Of a stretch of 64,000 nt of DNA, positions 44,601 through 59,600 are shown one piece after another. Origin of the DNA: Candidatus Oxydemutatoraceae bacterium. Its GTDB lineage: Bacteria; Pseudomonadota; Gammaproteobacteria; Poriferisulfidales; Oxydemutatoraceae. Position numbers and translations under genes: made by a program. Location of the stretch: NCBI GenBank assembly GCA_965220085.1, contig CBDCOZ010000003.1, forward strand, positions 1,312,001 to 1,376,000, read 5' to 3'. The first letter of the stretch is position 1. Every line of letters begins with the position of its first letter. The notes under the pieces are model-generated. The model had not been told where the DNA came from, did not search any database, and was given only the letters and a program-made list of their open reading frames with translations.

Positions 44601-47600
44601 TGGCAAAACCCTTGCCGTCAAAAGTCGCATCGAAGGCGTCGCCGTCATCGCCGATCGGCGGCCAGCCGGCGCCGCGCGTCCACGCCCCGCTGTCGGTCGC
44701 CGCCATATAGCGCGCGGGATCGTCAAAATCCAAATCGGTGATCAATTCATAGCCGACACACCCCGCCGGACAACCCATCGTCACCGCCGGGTCGGGGAAG
44801 GCCGCGGCATACGCCTCCCTATCCTCCGCCGCCACCGCGCCGTCGCCGTTCAAGTCGTAACGCACGGCGTCCAGTTGCTCCAGGGCGCTCACATCTATCA
44901 GGCCGTCGTCGTCGAGGTCATAATCTCGCGGCGCGGTCGAGTGCGCCGCGCTGCGGCTCGCCTCGCCGCCATTGATCACCGCCGCCACATGGTAGGTGTT
45001 GTCGCTCTCGCCCGGGTCGGCATCGGCATAACTCGTATCGACAACGCCGGTTTGCAACAAGGTCGCGCCGATCGACGTAGTCGAGCGATAGATCGCATAC
45101 GCGATGTCCGGCGGGTTTGTCGTCCAGTGCGAGACGTCGGGCGCGTCCCAAGTCAGCGTCCGCTCGGAGACGGTCGGCGCGACGCGCAAGTTCTGCGGGC
45201 CTTGGCGCAACTGCCAGCCGAATTCCTGCCAACTCACCATGCCGTTGCCGTCGAAGTCCGCCTTCAGCGCCGGGTATTCGTCGCTGTCGCCAAAGTCCCA
45301 ATAGTCGGTCGGGTTGCCGGCGACATCGTCCGCGTTCCAGGTCGCGTAGATGCCGCCGTAGCCGGTCGGCGCTTGCAACGCGGCGGTGGCAAACCCGCTG
45401 ATGCCGCCGACCGCGTTGTCGTTGGCCTCGCCGACCGCCTCGCTCAGACCCGAGGTCTGCGTATCCCAAACCACCGCGCCGAAGGCGAGGTCGCCATTCG
45501 CTTCTCCCAGCGCGCCGCCGGCGACACCCGCGGCCTGCGCCGCGGAATAACCGAGTTGCGCCGTGGAATAGGCATAGCGCAAGCGCGCGGAGGCGTCGGC
45601 CTCGCCAATCAGACCGCCGACGTTTTCGCTCGGAGACGCCGCCGGTCGGCGCTTGACAAATCCGGTCGCGTAGACGTGCTCTATGGCAGAGCCGCTTCCG
45701 CTCAAACTGCCGACCAGACCGCCGCCGCGGGTTGCGTCCGTCGCGCCGCTGGCGTAAGCGCGGCGGATCGAACCGCCGGTCTGCCGGCCGACCAGAGGGC
45801 CCATCGCTTGCTCGCCGCTAACCATCGCCGCCGACCAGACTTGATCGACCAGCCCGCCTTGCAGGCTGCCGGCCAAGCCGCCGCCCGCCGAGCGCGCGGC
45901 GACCGCGCCGGTGACGCCGACATTCATGATCAACGCGCCGGCAGCGACCCTGCCGAACAAGCCCTGATTAGCGGAATCGCCGCGATTGACATAGAGGTTG
46001 TACACCGCATTGCCGTTGCCATTGAAGGTCGCCGCAAACGCGCTCTCGCTATCGCCGATCGGCGTCCAGCCTTCTTCTTCGTCGCCGTCGGCGGGGTTGA
46101 TGACCCACGCATGGGTCGCGGTATCGCCGCCCGCGTAGTCGTTCGGGTCGTTGAAATCCAAATCGCGCATCAATTCATAGCCGATGCAATTGCCGCAACC
46201 CGTCGCATTCGGGAAGGCTTCGTTGTAACGCGCAAAGTCATCGCCCGTCACGATGCCGTCGCCGTTCGGGTCATAGCGCACCGCGGCCAGTTGTTCCAGA
46301 TTGGCGATGTCTATCAGGCCGTCGTCGTCGCTGTCGTAATCGACCAGTCCGGCGAGGGTCAGCGTCGGCGTGCGCACGGCCTCGCCGCCGTTGATCACCG
46401 CCGCCACGCCGTAGGCATAGCGGCTGCCCGAGGCCACGCCTCTGTCGTCGTACTCGACAACGGTCATGCCCTCGCTCAGTATCTCGCCGTCGCGATACAC
46501 CGCATACGTAATCGGCGGCGTATCGCTCCACGCCACCGTCAGCGGCGCCACCCACCGCAACTTGCGCGCGGAGAAATCGCCGGCGAGCGCGAAACCGGTC
46601 GGCGCGGTGCGCAGTTGCCAGCCGAATTCCTCCCAACTGACTTCGCCGTCGCCGTCAAAATCAACTTGCAACGCCGGGTATTGATTGGCCACGCCGAAGT
46701 CCCAGTAATCGGTCGCGGCGCCGGCGGCATCGTTCGCATTCCAGGCGGCGTAGATGCCGACATATCCCCCGGGCGCTTGCAGTTCGCTCGTCGTCCGCGC
46801 GCTGACGCCGGCGACGACGACGCCGGCGCTGCCGGCGCTCGCCCGGTTCGTCGTCTCGGTATCCCAAACCGCCGCCTCGAAGCTACCGCCGCCGCCGGCG
46901 CCGAACAGACCGCCGCCGCCGGTCACCAAGCCCGTCGCATACGCATAGCGCAGGTTCGCGTCGCCGCCGCCGAACAGACCGCCGCCGTCGGCGACCGCGC
47001 CGGTCGCATAGACATGCTCCAGCGTCGCCGCGTCGGCGCCGCCGACCAGACCGCCGCCGCCGGATGCGGCCGATACCGCGCCGGTCGCATAACTCGCGCG
47101 CACCGCGCCGGCGGCGACATAACCCGCCAACGCGCCGACATGCGCGCCGCCCGACGCCGACACCGTTGAATACGATCGCTCTATCACGCCGCCGTTCAGG
47201 CTGCCGGCGATGCCGCCGATGCGGTCGTTGTCCGCGCCCGCTGTGATGGTACCGGAAACACTCAAGCGCGACACCGAAGCGCCGCTGCCGATAGCGGCAA
47301 ACAGCCCTTGGTTATCGTTGCCGTCGTCGGTGCGCTTGATATACAGATTGGCTATCCTATGCCCGTTGCCGTCGAAGGTCGCCGCGTAGGGATCGCCGGC
47401 GCTGCCGATCGGCGGCCACCCCGCGCCGTCCTCGCCCTCGCTCCAGCCCTCGTCCGCGGCGCCGGCGTAGCTGTCGGCATCGTCAAAGTCCAAATCGCGC
47501 GTCAATTCATAGCCGGCGCACACAGCGTTCGGGCAGCCCATGCCGGTCGCGGCATGGGGATAGGCCAGCGCGTGCGCCGCCGCCGTCGCCTTGCCGTCGC

Positions 47601-50600
47601 CGTTTAGGTCATGGCGCACCGCGTCCAACTGCCGCAGGTTGGCGATGTCTATCAGGCCGTCGTCATCCATATCGTAATCGACCGCCGGCGCCGATTCGCA
47701 GACGCTGCGCGATGCCTCGCCGCCGACGATCACCGCCGCTACGTGATAGACATGGGTCGCCTGCGCATCGGTTTCCGCGTCGACATAACGCAAGCCGGCG
47801 CTGTCGCTCTCGCTCAGATCGGCCAACAATAGGCCGTCGCGATAGATGCGGTAGGTCACCGGCGGCGGGTTGCTCCATGCCGGCGGCATACTCGGCGCGC
47901 GCCACGTCAGCGTCCGCTCGCCCTCTTCGTTTGCGACCGTCAGGTCGCGCGGGCCTTCGCGCAGTTGATAGCCGAACTCCTCCCAACTGGCGCTGCCGTT
48001 GTCGTTGAAATCGGTCTTCAGCGCCGGGTATTGGCCGGCGCCGCCGAAGTCCCAGTAGTCGCCGCCTTCGTTCCAGTCGGCGTAGATGCCGGCGTAGCCG
48101 GTCGGCGCTTGCAACCCGGCGCTCGTCGCGCTCGTCGGCCCGACCGTCTCGGCGACGGTTTGAATGTCGCCGTAGGCCGCGGTGGCGACCGCGGAGGTGT
48201 CGGTATCCCAATAGACCGCGTCAAACACGGTGGTTTGATTGCTGTTGTAGCCGGCGATACCGCCGCGCTCGGCAGCGCCCGGCGCGATCTGCGCGGTCGC
48301 GTAGGCGTAGCGGAGCGTCGACGTTCCGACCCAGCCGATCAGACCGCCGGCGCGCTCATTGCCGTCGGCGCCCATGTAACCGGTCGCATACGCGTGCTCG
48401 ACAACGATGCCGTCCTGCAGCGCGCCGGTTATGCCGCCGAGTTCCTTGTCCGCCGATGCGGCGCCGGTCGTGTAAACGCGCCGCACCGCGCCGCCGCCGG
48501 TCAGCCACCCCGCCAACGGCGCGGCGCGGATCGTCCCGCCGTCCGCCGATACCGCCGAATAGACATCTTTTATCGTCGTCCCCAAGGTCTTGCCGACCAA
48601 GCCGCCGGTGTCGTGGCCCGCCGTCACCGAACCGGTGACGCCGAGATTGGAGATCGTCGCATTGCCGGTCTCGCCAAACAGCCCCTGAATATTGCCATTG
48701 CGCTCGATATGCAGGTTATAGATCGTATGCCCCCTGCCGTTGAAGATGCCGGAAAATCGTGTCGCGGGCGCGCCCAACGGCGGCCAACCTTCGCCCTCTT
48801 CGGCGCGGCTCCAGCCATGGACTCCGGCATCGCCGCCGGCATAACTCGCATCCTCGTCAAAGTCCAGATCGCGCGTCAGTTCATAGCCGACGCAACCGGC
48901 GGGACAACCCATGTCCGCCGCCCGCGCCGGAAACGCCGCTTCGTAGTCCGGCGCGCCCGCCATCATGCCGTCGCCGTCCAAGTCGCGGCGGATCGCATCG
49001 AGTTGTTCCAGCCATGCGATCTCTATCAGGCCGTCGTCGTCGGTATCGTAATCGATCGTCGCCGCCGCCGTCGGCGAGTGGCTGCGGCTCGCCTCGCCGC
49101 CGTAGACGACGGCGGCCACGTGATAGGCCGAGGTCTCGCCGTCGCTCAAATCGGCATCGACATAACTCCGTTGCGACAGCTCCGCGGCATCGGCCAAGAG
49201 CGCGCCGCGGCGATACACCGTGTAGCGCAACGGCGGCGGCGGATTCCACGCCGACACATCCGGCGCGTCCCAAGTCAATCTGCGGTTGGTCTCGCCGGCG
49301 ATGGCGAACGCCGGCGGGCCTTGCCGCAGTTGATAGCCGAACTCTTGCCATGTCGCCTCGCCGTCGCCGTTGAAATCCGTCCGCAACGCCGGGTACTCGT
49401 TCGGGCCGCCGAAGTCCCAACTCGCCGCCGACACATCCCAGTCGGCGTAGATGCCGCGGTAGGCCGTCGGCGTCTGCAACTCAGCGCTCGTGCGGCCGGT
49501 CACGCCGCTCAACGTACCGCTGCCGATGGCGTCGCTCTTGGCCGAAGTCTGGGTGTCCCAATACGCCGCTGTCGCGGCGGCGGAAGCTTCGACATGACCG
49601 CCAAAGCCGCCGCTCTCTGTCGCGCTCGGATTGATCAGACCCGTCGCATAGCCATAGCGCACCGTCACGTTGCCCAGGTTGCCAATCAAACCGCCGCCGC
49701 GATATTCGCTGCCGTCGCGCGTCGTGTTGATGTAGCCGGTCGCGTAGACATGTTCCACCGTGCCGCCCTCCAGGAAGTGGATGTCGCGCCCGAGCACGCC
49801 GCCGCCTTGCGAGTTCGCATAGACATTGCCGGTCGCGTAACTGCGGCTGACGGTCGAAGCGCTTGAGGCATAGCCGACCAAAGAGCCGATATGCGCCCGG
49901 CCCTCCGCCGACACCGCCGACCAACTGTTCTCCAGCGTACTCTCCAAATGCTGACCGATCAGACCGGCGATATTGTTACGGTCGCCGCCGTCGATGGCGC
50001 CGGTGACGCCGATATTGCGGATACTGGCGCCGCTGACCGTGCCGAACAGACCCTGAGCTATCCGCTCGCGGTCGATATACAGGTTGTGGATCGTGTGACC
50101 GTTGCCGTCAAAGGTCGCCGTGTAACCATTGTCACCCTCGCCCTCTCTATTCTGGCCATCTCTCACGGCCGGGTCGCCGATCGGCAACCAGCCCTCTTCG
50201 TCGTCGCCATCGTCGGGGTCCAGCGTCCACACGGTGATCGCGGTCGTGTCGGCAAAGAGGTAACTCGTCAGGTCCTCAAAGTCCAGATCGCGCGTCAGTT
50301 CATAGCCGACGCAACCGGCGGGACAACCCATGTCCGCCGCCCGCGCGGGGAAAGCCGCGTCATAGGTCGGCGAATTCGCGTTCGTCGGCATGCCGTTGCC
50401 GTCCAAGTCGCCGGTCACCGCGCCGAGTTGTTCCAGATACGCGATCTCTATCAGGCCGTCGTCGTCGGTATCGTAGTCGATCTCGGGCTGCGTCCAGACG
50501 GCTCCGGCGCTGATGCGCCCGCCGCCGTGGCGCGCGATTACCGCGCCGATGTGATAGCGGTACTCGGCGCCCGCGTCGGTCTTTAGACGCTCGTCGTCGC

Positions 50601-53600
50601 GATAGCGCAACTCGGCGAGGTCTTCGGCCAGCAAGAAGCCGTCGCGATAGACGTTATAGCGCAGGTCGGATGCCGACAGTGCGCGCGCCGGCTCGCCGTC
50701 CCAGTGCGAGACATCGGGCGCGCTCCACGTGATCTCACGCGCGTCGATATCGCCCGCGACCGTCACGTTGGCCGGCGCGTCGCGCAACTGATAGCCAAAC
50801 TCCTGCCAACTCACGATGCCGTCGTTGTTGAAGTCAATCTTGAGCGCCGGGTACTGCGCGATCGTGCCGAAGTCCCAGTCGTCGCTTGCACCCTCTTCGT
50901 TCCAGTCGGCATAGATGCTCTCATACGTCGTCGGCGCGCGCAAGATATCGCTTGCTTGCTCGCCGCTGGAGACGACCTCGTCGGCGCTGCCGTCGCCGAT
51001 CAAGGGGACATCCGGCAGGACGCGCTCGCTATCGGCATAGACAGCGTTGATGTCAAAGTCGGGCGTAACACGGACCTGTCCCGCCAGACTGCCGACGCGA
51101 CCGACCGGGGATTGCGCCAGCGTCGATACATAGCCATAGCGGAGTCGGATGGTCCTGGCCCCTCTGCCCACGTCCCCTATGACACCGCCCGCGGCTGCGG
51201 GAAGATCGGTAGCGGGAACGCCCGAGAGCATCGCGCCGGTCGCGTAGACGTGCTCTATGGTCGCATCGGTTTCAGGAATGCTCGCAGTGCCGCCGGCATT
51301 GCCGGCGATGCCGCCGACATGGCCGATGCTGGCGGATACGTTGCCGCTCGCATAACTCGTTCGCACTACGCTGTCAACGTTCATCAGATGAACAAGACCG
51401 CCCACAGCAAAATCATCATCATCCGCCAGTATCGTTGCGGCGGAATAAGTATTCATCAACGTGCTTCTTACCACGTCAGTAACCACACTTGCCGAATATC
51501 GCACCGAGCCGAGAACGCCGACATTCGTCACGCTTGCGTCGCTCGCTCCGAAAATTAATGAGGCGACACTGCGCATGAACACGGTATGACCGTTGCCATC
51601 GAAGGTCGCGGTGAGGTAGCCGTTGATGCCCGGCCACGCCGCCGCCCAGACGGGGTTGACGACGCCGCTGCCATAACTCGCCGCATCGGTGAAGTCCAGA
51701 TCGCGCGTCAGTTCATAGCCGGCGCAACCGCCGGCGGGGCACATATCATCGGCCGGGAACGGGAACGCCGCGCGGTAATCGTCCGCGTTATCCGCCTCCG
51801 GTTCGCCGTCGCCGTCAACATCCCAGCGGATCGCGTCGAGTTGCTCGACCGTGGCGATCTCTATCAGGCCGTTGTCGTCGCTGTCGTAGTCAAAGCGGTC
51901 GCTCACGCGCCAGACGGCGACGCTGCGGCTTGGCTCGCCGCCCTCGATTACCGCCGCGACGGTATAGGTGTGGCGCTTATCGTCCGCAACACCCGTATCG
52001 GTATAGCGCGCAGCGCTCAGCGACTCTGCCAGCAGCGTTTCTACCCTGTCGACGACCTCCTCCTGGGTATTGGTATCAATCACTGTCTCAATGCTTGAAC
52101 GATAGACGTTGTAGGTGAGTGCCGGCGGGTCATCCCAGTGCGAAGTGTCGGGTGCGTCCCAGCGCAGTTCGCGCGCCGCGAGGTCGCCGCTCACGCGCAG
52201 GTCGCGCGGGCCTTCGCGCAGTTGCCAGCCGAATTCCTGCCAAGTGGCCGTGCCGTCGTTGTTCGTATCGACCTTCAGCGCCGGGTATTGGCTGGCGTTG
52301 CCGAAGTCCCAGTAGTCGCTGCCGTCGTCGTCCCAACTCGCATAGATACCGCTATAGCCGGTCGGCACGGCGAGCGCCAAAGTCGTCGCGCCGGCGATGC
52401 CGGTGACGGCGTGGGTGGTGTCATCGCCGAAGGCGGCGGCGATGCCGGCGGTCTCGGTATTCCAGTAGACCGCGGTCGCCGCCAGCGTGTCGAAGGCGCT
52501 TCCGATGACGGCGCCGCCGCTGTCGTCGTTGATGCGCGCGGTGGTATAGGCATAGCGCAACGTCGCGGCATCGTCAAAATATATGCCGATCAAACCGCCG
52601 CCGCTGTCATTAATGTTGTTATAGCCGGTCGCATAGACGTGCTCGGTCGGCGCACAGGCAGCGCCGGCGAGCGCGCCATCTCTAACAATTGAAATGGTGT
52701 CGTCCGGATGATCGCGCAAACGGCCGGTGGCATAGCTCGCGCGCAGGGCGCCGCCGGCGCTGCTACAAGCGCCGATGAGGCTGCCGCTGACCTGACCGAC
52801 AGCCGCCGACACCGACGACCAACTGCCTTCCACCGTGCCGCCGGCATTCAGCTCAGCGACCAGACCGCTCCCCCATTGCTTGTCAATCAACTCGCCGGTG
52901 ATGCCAACATTGCGCACGATACCGCCGTCGCCAACCTTCCCGAACAAACCAAAAGCCGAGTGACCGCTTCTGGCGTTATAGTAATTGCGCAGCGTATGAC
53001 CGTTGCCGTCAAATATCGCCGTGAAACCATCGCCTGTGTCTCTTCCGATTGCCGGCCAACCTTCGCCGAGACCCGCGTTATTGAACCAAGGCGTCGCGCC
53101 GCTCTGCGCAGTCGGCACCCACATTTCGGTGGCAGTGCTGCCGATGTAATAGCTGTCGGCAGCGTTGAAATCCAGATCGCGCGTCAACTCATAGCCGGCG
53201 CAACCGCTATCGGGGCAACCCATGCCGTCAATCGCCGGGAACATAAAGACGTAAGTCGCCGCGCTCGTTTCCGGGATGCCGTCGCCGTCCAAATCAAAAT
53301 CTATCGCGCGCAGTTGATCGAGGTTGCTCACTTCTATCAGGCCATCGTCGTCCAGATCAAAGTCGCGCAAGCCCGATGTCACCGCCGGCGCGCGCGCCGC
53401 TTCGCCGCCCTCGACGACCGCCGCCACGTGATAGCGATGCGTGATCGTCGGTATCGCGCCGTTATCGGCATACGTCGTGTCGGTCAGACCGCTGCGCAAC
53501 AACACCGTATCCGGCGCGTCCGGCAAGCGCGTGTGGGGATGGCGGTAGATGTTGTAAGTGACCGTCGGCGGATTGTCCCAGTGCGAGGTGTCGGGGGCGT

Positions 53601-56600
53601 CCCAGCGCAGTGTGCGCGACGGGCCGGTACCGCTCGCTGTCAGATTCTGCGGCGGCTCGCGCAACTGATAGCCGAACTCCTGCCAGCTCGCGATGCCGTC
53701 GTTGTTGAAATCCACCTTCAGCGCGGGGTATTGTTGCGCGGTGCCGAAGTCCCAGTAGTCGGTCGGGTTGCCATTGGCATCGTCTGCGTCCCAGTCGGCG
53801 TAGATGCCGACGTAACCCTGAGGCCCTTGTAATTCGGCGGTGGTATGGCCGCTGATATTGGTCGCCGCCGAGTTTGTATCGGCGTGACCGACCGCCGCGG
53901 TCGTGCCGCTGGCATCCGTGTCCCAATAGACGGCGGTGAATGTATCATTCACGCTATTAGAACCGATGACACCGCCGCGCTCTGTCGTCGCCGGTTCCAG
54001 AAAGGCGGTGGAATAGGCGTATTTGAGTGTGCCCTCACCAAAATAACCAAGCAGACCGCCGGCACGGCGCATATCGCCGCCGTGCGTACCGTCAACTTGA
54101 CCGGTCGCATAGACGTGCTCTACCGCAGGCAGGCTGGCTATATTGTTCATCGCACCGATCAGACCGCCGGCATACTGACCCGCGCGCGCGCGACCAGTCG
54201 CATAACTCGTATATATGCCGCCGCCACCCATATCGGCGACCAGCGAACCCGCAGAAGCCGCGGCGGTTGCCGCCACTGACGACCAGCTATTTTCTACGCG
54301 ACCGCCCGCCAGACGGGTGACCACACCCGCAGCCTGATTTTCATCCACGACTTCCACCGAACCGGTGACGCCGAGGTTTTTCACCGTACCGGTAACATAA
54401 CCGAACAGCCCCCTGTCCGCGACAGTGTCGCGTATATATAGATTCGCGACCGTATGACCGTTGCCGTCAAAGGTTGTAGCAAAGCGGTTGCTAGCGCTGC
54501 CAATCGTAGCCCAGCCTATGGTATTCGGGTCCGAGTTGCGGCCCCAATCTTCGTCATCAACACCGTCGGCATAGCTGCTTGCATCATCAAAATCCAAGTC
54601 GCGCATCAACTCGTAGCCGCTGCAACCCGTAGACGGGCAACCCATGCCGGTGGCGGCGGACGGGAAGGCGGCGGCGTACTCCGCTTGTCGCTCGGCGGAC
54701 ACATTGCTCACATCGCCGTCGCCGTTTATATCGTATCTGACCGCAGCGAGTTGCTCCAGATTGCTGATTTCTATCAGGCCGTCGTCGTCGCTATCGTAAT
54801 CGCCGGCGGTTAGCGTCACAGCAGCGACACCGCTGCCGTATTCGTGACCGTCTATCAATACCGCCACGCGGTAACTGCGGCTGGCGTTGAGGTTGGCGGC
54901 GGTATCAATATACGCCGGCGTCTCAAGCCCTGTCGCTATCTGCGTGCCGTCGCGGTAGACCGCATAGCGCAATTCCGGTGCCGGCGTCCAGTGTGTCGTC
55001 ACCGGCGCGTTCCATGTCAATAGATTGCCGTTTGCCAGCGTCGGCGCCAACGGATCGCGCAGTTGATAGCCGAACTCTTCCCAGCTCACCGTGCTGTCAC
55101 CGTTGAAATCAACCTGCAATGCGGGGTATTGTTCGGCGGTGCCGAAGTCCCAATAGTCGGTCGCGTTACCGGCGGCATCGTTGGCATCCCAGTCGGCGTA
55201 GATGCCGCCATAGGCGGTCGGCGTCTGTAGCTCGGCGGTGGTCTTGCCGGCGACGGAGCGCAGCGTCGCGCTGCCGGCGTCGCCAAAGCCGCTCGCCGCG
55301 CCGGTCGCCTGCGTATCCCAGTACAGCGCGGTGAGATTGCCGCCGCTCGCGACATCGCCGATGAGACCGCCGGCGCTGGCAGCGGCAAGCGGGGCCGCGA
55401 CATAGCCGTAGCGTACTGTCGCCGCGGCGCCCAGCGCACCGATGAGACCGCCGCCGGCGGCGGCAGCCGACACATAGCCCGCCGCGTAACTGTGCTCGAT
55501 GACATCCGACGCGGCGGCGCTCGCGCCGATGAGGCCGCCGACCGCATCGGCGCCGACGACGGCGGCGACGGCATACGCCGCGCGCCATGTGACATCGTCG
55601 GCGTTGCCGACGGCGCCGCCGATCGTATCACCGCCGCGCACCGAACCGGCGACATAGACATTGTCAAGCGTCGCCTTGCTGACAAACGCGGCGAGCAGAC
55701 CGACGCCGTTGCTGCCGCGCACCGCGCCGGTGATGCCGATGTTTTTGATCTCTAGTTGTTCGCCGTTGATCTCTGCGAACAGCCCTTGGCGGTCGCTGTT
55801 CGGGCGGTTGATATAGAGGTTGCGTATCGCGCGACCGTTGCCGTCAAGGTCGCCGGCGTAGACGCCGCTCGGGTCTATCGGCGTCCAGCCTTCGCCTTCA
55901 ATCCACGCCGGATCAACGCGACCGGCGGCATAGTCCGCCGGGTCGTCGAAGTTCAGATCGTTTGACAATTCGTAGCCGTCGCAACCGCCGCCGCCGCAAC
56001 CCATGCCGCTCGCCGCGTTCGGGAACGCCGCGGCATACGCCGCCGCGTCGTTGCTCGCCGGTTCGCCGTTGGCGTCGAGGTCCCAGCGCATCGCGTTGAG
56101 TTGCTCCAAGTTGGCGATCTCTATCAGGCCGTCGTCGTCGCTGTCGTAATCGGTCGTCGGGTAGGCAATCGCTGCGCCGCGCGTCACTTCGCCGCCGTAA
56201 ATCACCGCCGCCACGCGATAGACATTGATGCCGTTGCTCGGGGCGCTGTCGGTATAGGTCGTCGCGGTCAAACCTTCCGCCAGCAGGGTGACATCGCTCG
56301 CGGCGGCGGCGGTTGCGCGGTAGACGTTGTAAGTGATCGTCGGCGGGTCGTCCGGCCAGTGCGACGTCACGGGTACTGTCCAGCTCAATACTTTTGATGA
56401 GCCGGAATCGCTGACGCTGACCGTCGGCGCTTCGCGCAGTTGATAGCCGAACTCTTGCCAGGTGGCGCTGCCCTTGTTGTCAAAGTTTGTTTTCAGCGCC
56501 GGGTATTGGCTGGCGCTGCCGAAATCCCAGTAGTCGCTGGCGCCGCCTTCGTTCCAGTCGGCGTAGATGCCGCTATAGCCGGTCGGGGCTTGCAGTTCGG

Positions 56601-59600
56601 CGGCGGTCTGCCCGGCGATGCCGGCGGCGGCGCCGGCGGTCTGGTTGGACACCGCGACATCCCAATACAGCGCGGTGTAGTCGGAGTCGGGGCGTTGTTT
56701 ACCGACGACACCGCCGAGAGTACCAAGACCGCCGGGGGCGATCGCGACCAGCGCGGTCGCATAACCGTAGCGCAGGGTATTGCGCTCGCCGTAGTCTTGA
56801 TGACCGACCTGGCCAATCAGACCGCCGGCGTCACCGGCCTCCTCCAAATAACCGCTGGCATAGACATGTTGTACCGTCGCCCCGCCCCGGATCATCCCGA
56901 GCAAACCGCCGACCCGTGAGTCGGTCGTTGCGGTGCCAAGCGCGTTACCGGTCGCATAGCTCGTCGCAAGCGAAGCGTTCGTCACTCTGCCAATCAAACT
57001 GCCGGATATAGAGTCGGAGTCCGCCGTCACCGCCGACCACAGATTGCGCGCGGTAGCACCGTCCGCTACCTCGCCGGCCACCCCTCCCGTTACATTAGCA
57101 AGACTTTCGGCATCGCCGGTGATGCCGAGATTGGAGATTGCGGCAGCGGCACCGGTAACGGCGCCGAACAGACCGATTTCCAGCGGGGAGGATACGATTA
57201 GAATAAGGTTTTTAATCGTATGACCGTTGCCGTCAAAGACCGCGCGGAAGCCGTCGTTGTCGGGCAGCGTACCGCCGATTGGAAGCCACCCGTCTGCACC
57301 CACTGCGGATGTCCACTGCGTATTGACACTGCCGCTGGCATAGCTTGCGGCGGCGGTAAAGTCCAAGTCGTTCATCAACTCATAGCCGCGGCAACCGTCG
57401 GCGGGACAACCCATGCCCGATGTGGCGGCGGGGAAAGCGGCGGCGTACGCCGTTATATACGACGGCTCCTCGCCGCCGAGGTTGCTGTCCACCGCGCCGA
57501 TGCCGTAGGGGTCGTAGCGGATGGCATTCAGTTGTTCCAGTGTCGTAATCTCTATCAGGCCGTCGTCATCGGTATCGTAGTCGGTGCCCGAGACCACGAC
57601 ATCCCGGTATACCTCGCCACTGTCCACCCGCACCGAGACGTGATAGATATAGGCGGCAGCGGCAACGGTGGAAGGCAGTACGTCGGTGTAACTTGTCGTC
57701 GTCAGGCCCTCGGCCAGCAGGCTGATCTCGGCGCCGGTCGATGCCATGCGGTAGATGTCATAGGTCACGGGCGGTTGCGGCGACCAGTGCGAGACGTCAG
57801 GCGCGCCCCAACTCAGCGTGTGATCGTTGCCGGCGCCGGCAACGATCGCGACATCGGCCGGGGGGACGCGCAACTGATAACCGAATTCTTGCCACGTGGC
57901 GCCGCCGATGCCGTTGAAGTCGACTTTCAGCGCCGGGTATTGATTCGCCGTGCCGAAGTCCCAGTAGTCGCCGCCATGGTTCCAGTCGGCGTAGATGCCG
58001 GCGTAGCCGGTCGGCGCTTGCAACGCGGCGCTGGTCAGGCCGCTCGCGCCGGCGGTCGTCTCATCGCCGCCGATGCCTTTGTTGCGACCGGTCGTCTCGG
58101 TGTCCCAGTAGACGTCGGCGAGAGCGACATGGGCGGCGGTGATCGGGCCGATGACGCCGCCGCTGTCGGCGACGCCGATGACGACTTCGCCGAGACCGTA
58201 GGCGTAGCGCAACGTCGCGAAATGTTCCGTCGTCGTCACGCCCGCAGGCAGGCGGGCAAAGCCGACGAGCGAACCGGCGAACATGCCGGCGTCGCCGAGC
58301 GCGCCGGCGACGCCGGTCGCATCGACGCGGCCGGTCGCATAGACGCGCTCCAAGACGCCGTCGCCGTCCTTGATGTCGATCTGACCGACCAGACCGCCGG
58401 CGCGGCTGTTGGCAAATACGCTGCCGCTGGCATAACTGGCGCGGATGCGCCCGCCGCTGTCGATATCGCCGACCAAACCGCCGACCGCAATGCCGGCGCG
58501 GAGCGACACCGCCGCCCAACTGTTCTCAATCACGGCATCCTCGCCGCCCATCTGGGTCGCGATGCCGCCGCTCCTGCCGGTCGCCGCGATCGAGCCGGTG
58601 ACGCCGAGGTTGCGCACTATCGCGCCGGGGTCCAGGCCGCCAAACAGCGCCTGATCGGCGTTGGCGGCGTCGGCGGCGGGATTGTTGATGTAGAGGTTCT
58701 TGATCACATGACCGTTGCCTTCAAAGGTCGTTCTCAGATCGCCCGGAGCCGGCCAACCGGCGCCGGTCGTCCACGTCGTCTTGGAACTGGCATCGGCGTA
58801 GTCGGCATCGTCGTCAAAGTCCAGATCGCGCGTCAGTTCGTAGCCGCGACACTGCGCGTACGGGCAGCCCATGCCGGGGGCGGCGGCGGGAAAAGCGGCG
58901 GCATATTGCGCCGCGTCCCGCGCCAGCGGCGCGCCTTCGCCGTTAAAATCCCAGCGCACGGCGTGGAGTTGTTGCAATGTCGCGATCTCTATCAGGCCGT
59001 CGTCGTCGCTGTCATAATCGTTGCCCGATTGCGCCGCGCTGCGATGCGCTTCGCCGCTGTCTATGCGCACGGCGACCTCGTAGACGTAACCGCTGTCGGC
59101 GGCGGCGGTGTTATCGGTATAACTCGTCGCCGTGTAATCTTCGGCCAGCAGGCTGACTTGGGTGCCGGTGGGTCTCTCGGTTATGCGGTAGACATCATAA
59201 GCGACCGGCGGCGGCGGCGACCAGTGCGAGACATCGGGCGCGCCCCAGCTCAGCGTCCGCTCGTTGCCGGCGCCGGCGACCGTGACATCGGCCGGGGCGG
59301 CGCGCAGTTGATAGCCGAATTCCTGCCAACTCGGATCCGTATCGGGGTCACCGTCAAAATCAACCTTCAAGGCAGGGTACTGTGCCGCGGTGCCGAAATC
59401 CCAGTAGTCGCTGGCGCCGCCCTCGTCCCAGTCGGCGTAGATGCCGGCATAACCGTCGGGCGCTTGCAGCGCGGCGGTCGGCAGGCCGATGATGGCGGGC
59501 GCGGGCGCGGTAGCGGCGCCGTTCTCGCGACCGGTGGTCTCGCGATCCCAGTACAGCGCCGCCAATGCGCGCGCGACGGGGAGTCTTGCGATCAGGCCGG

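Noticed and set aside
43543-47169. Long plus-strand ORFs antisense to the giants (1208, 855, 844, 806, 676 aa and others)
   Set aside because: They are shadow frames from GC-rich codon bias, rich in Arg and Ala, mirror the sense repeats and show no recognisable motifs
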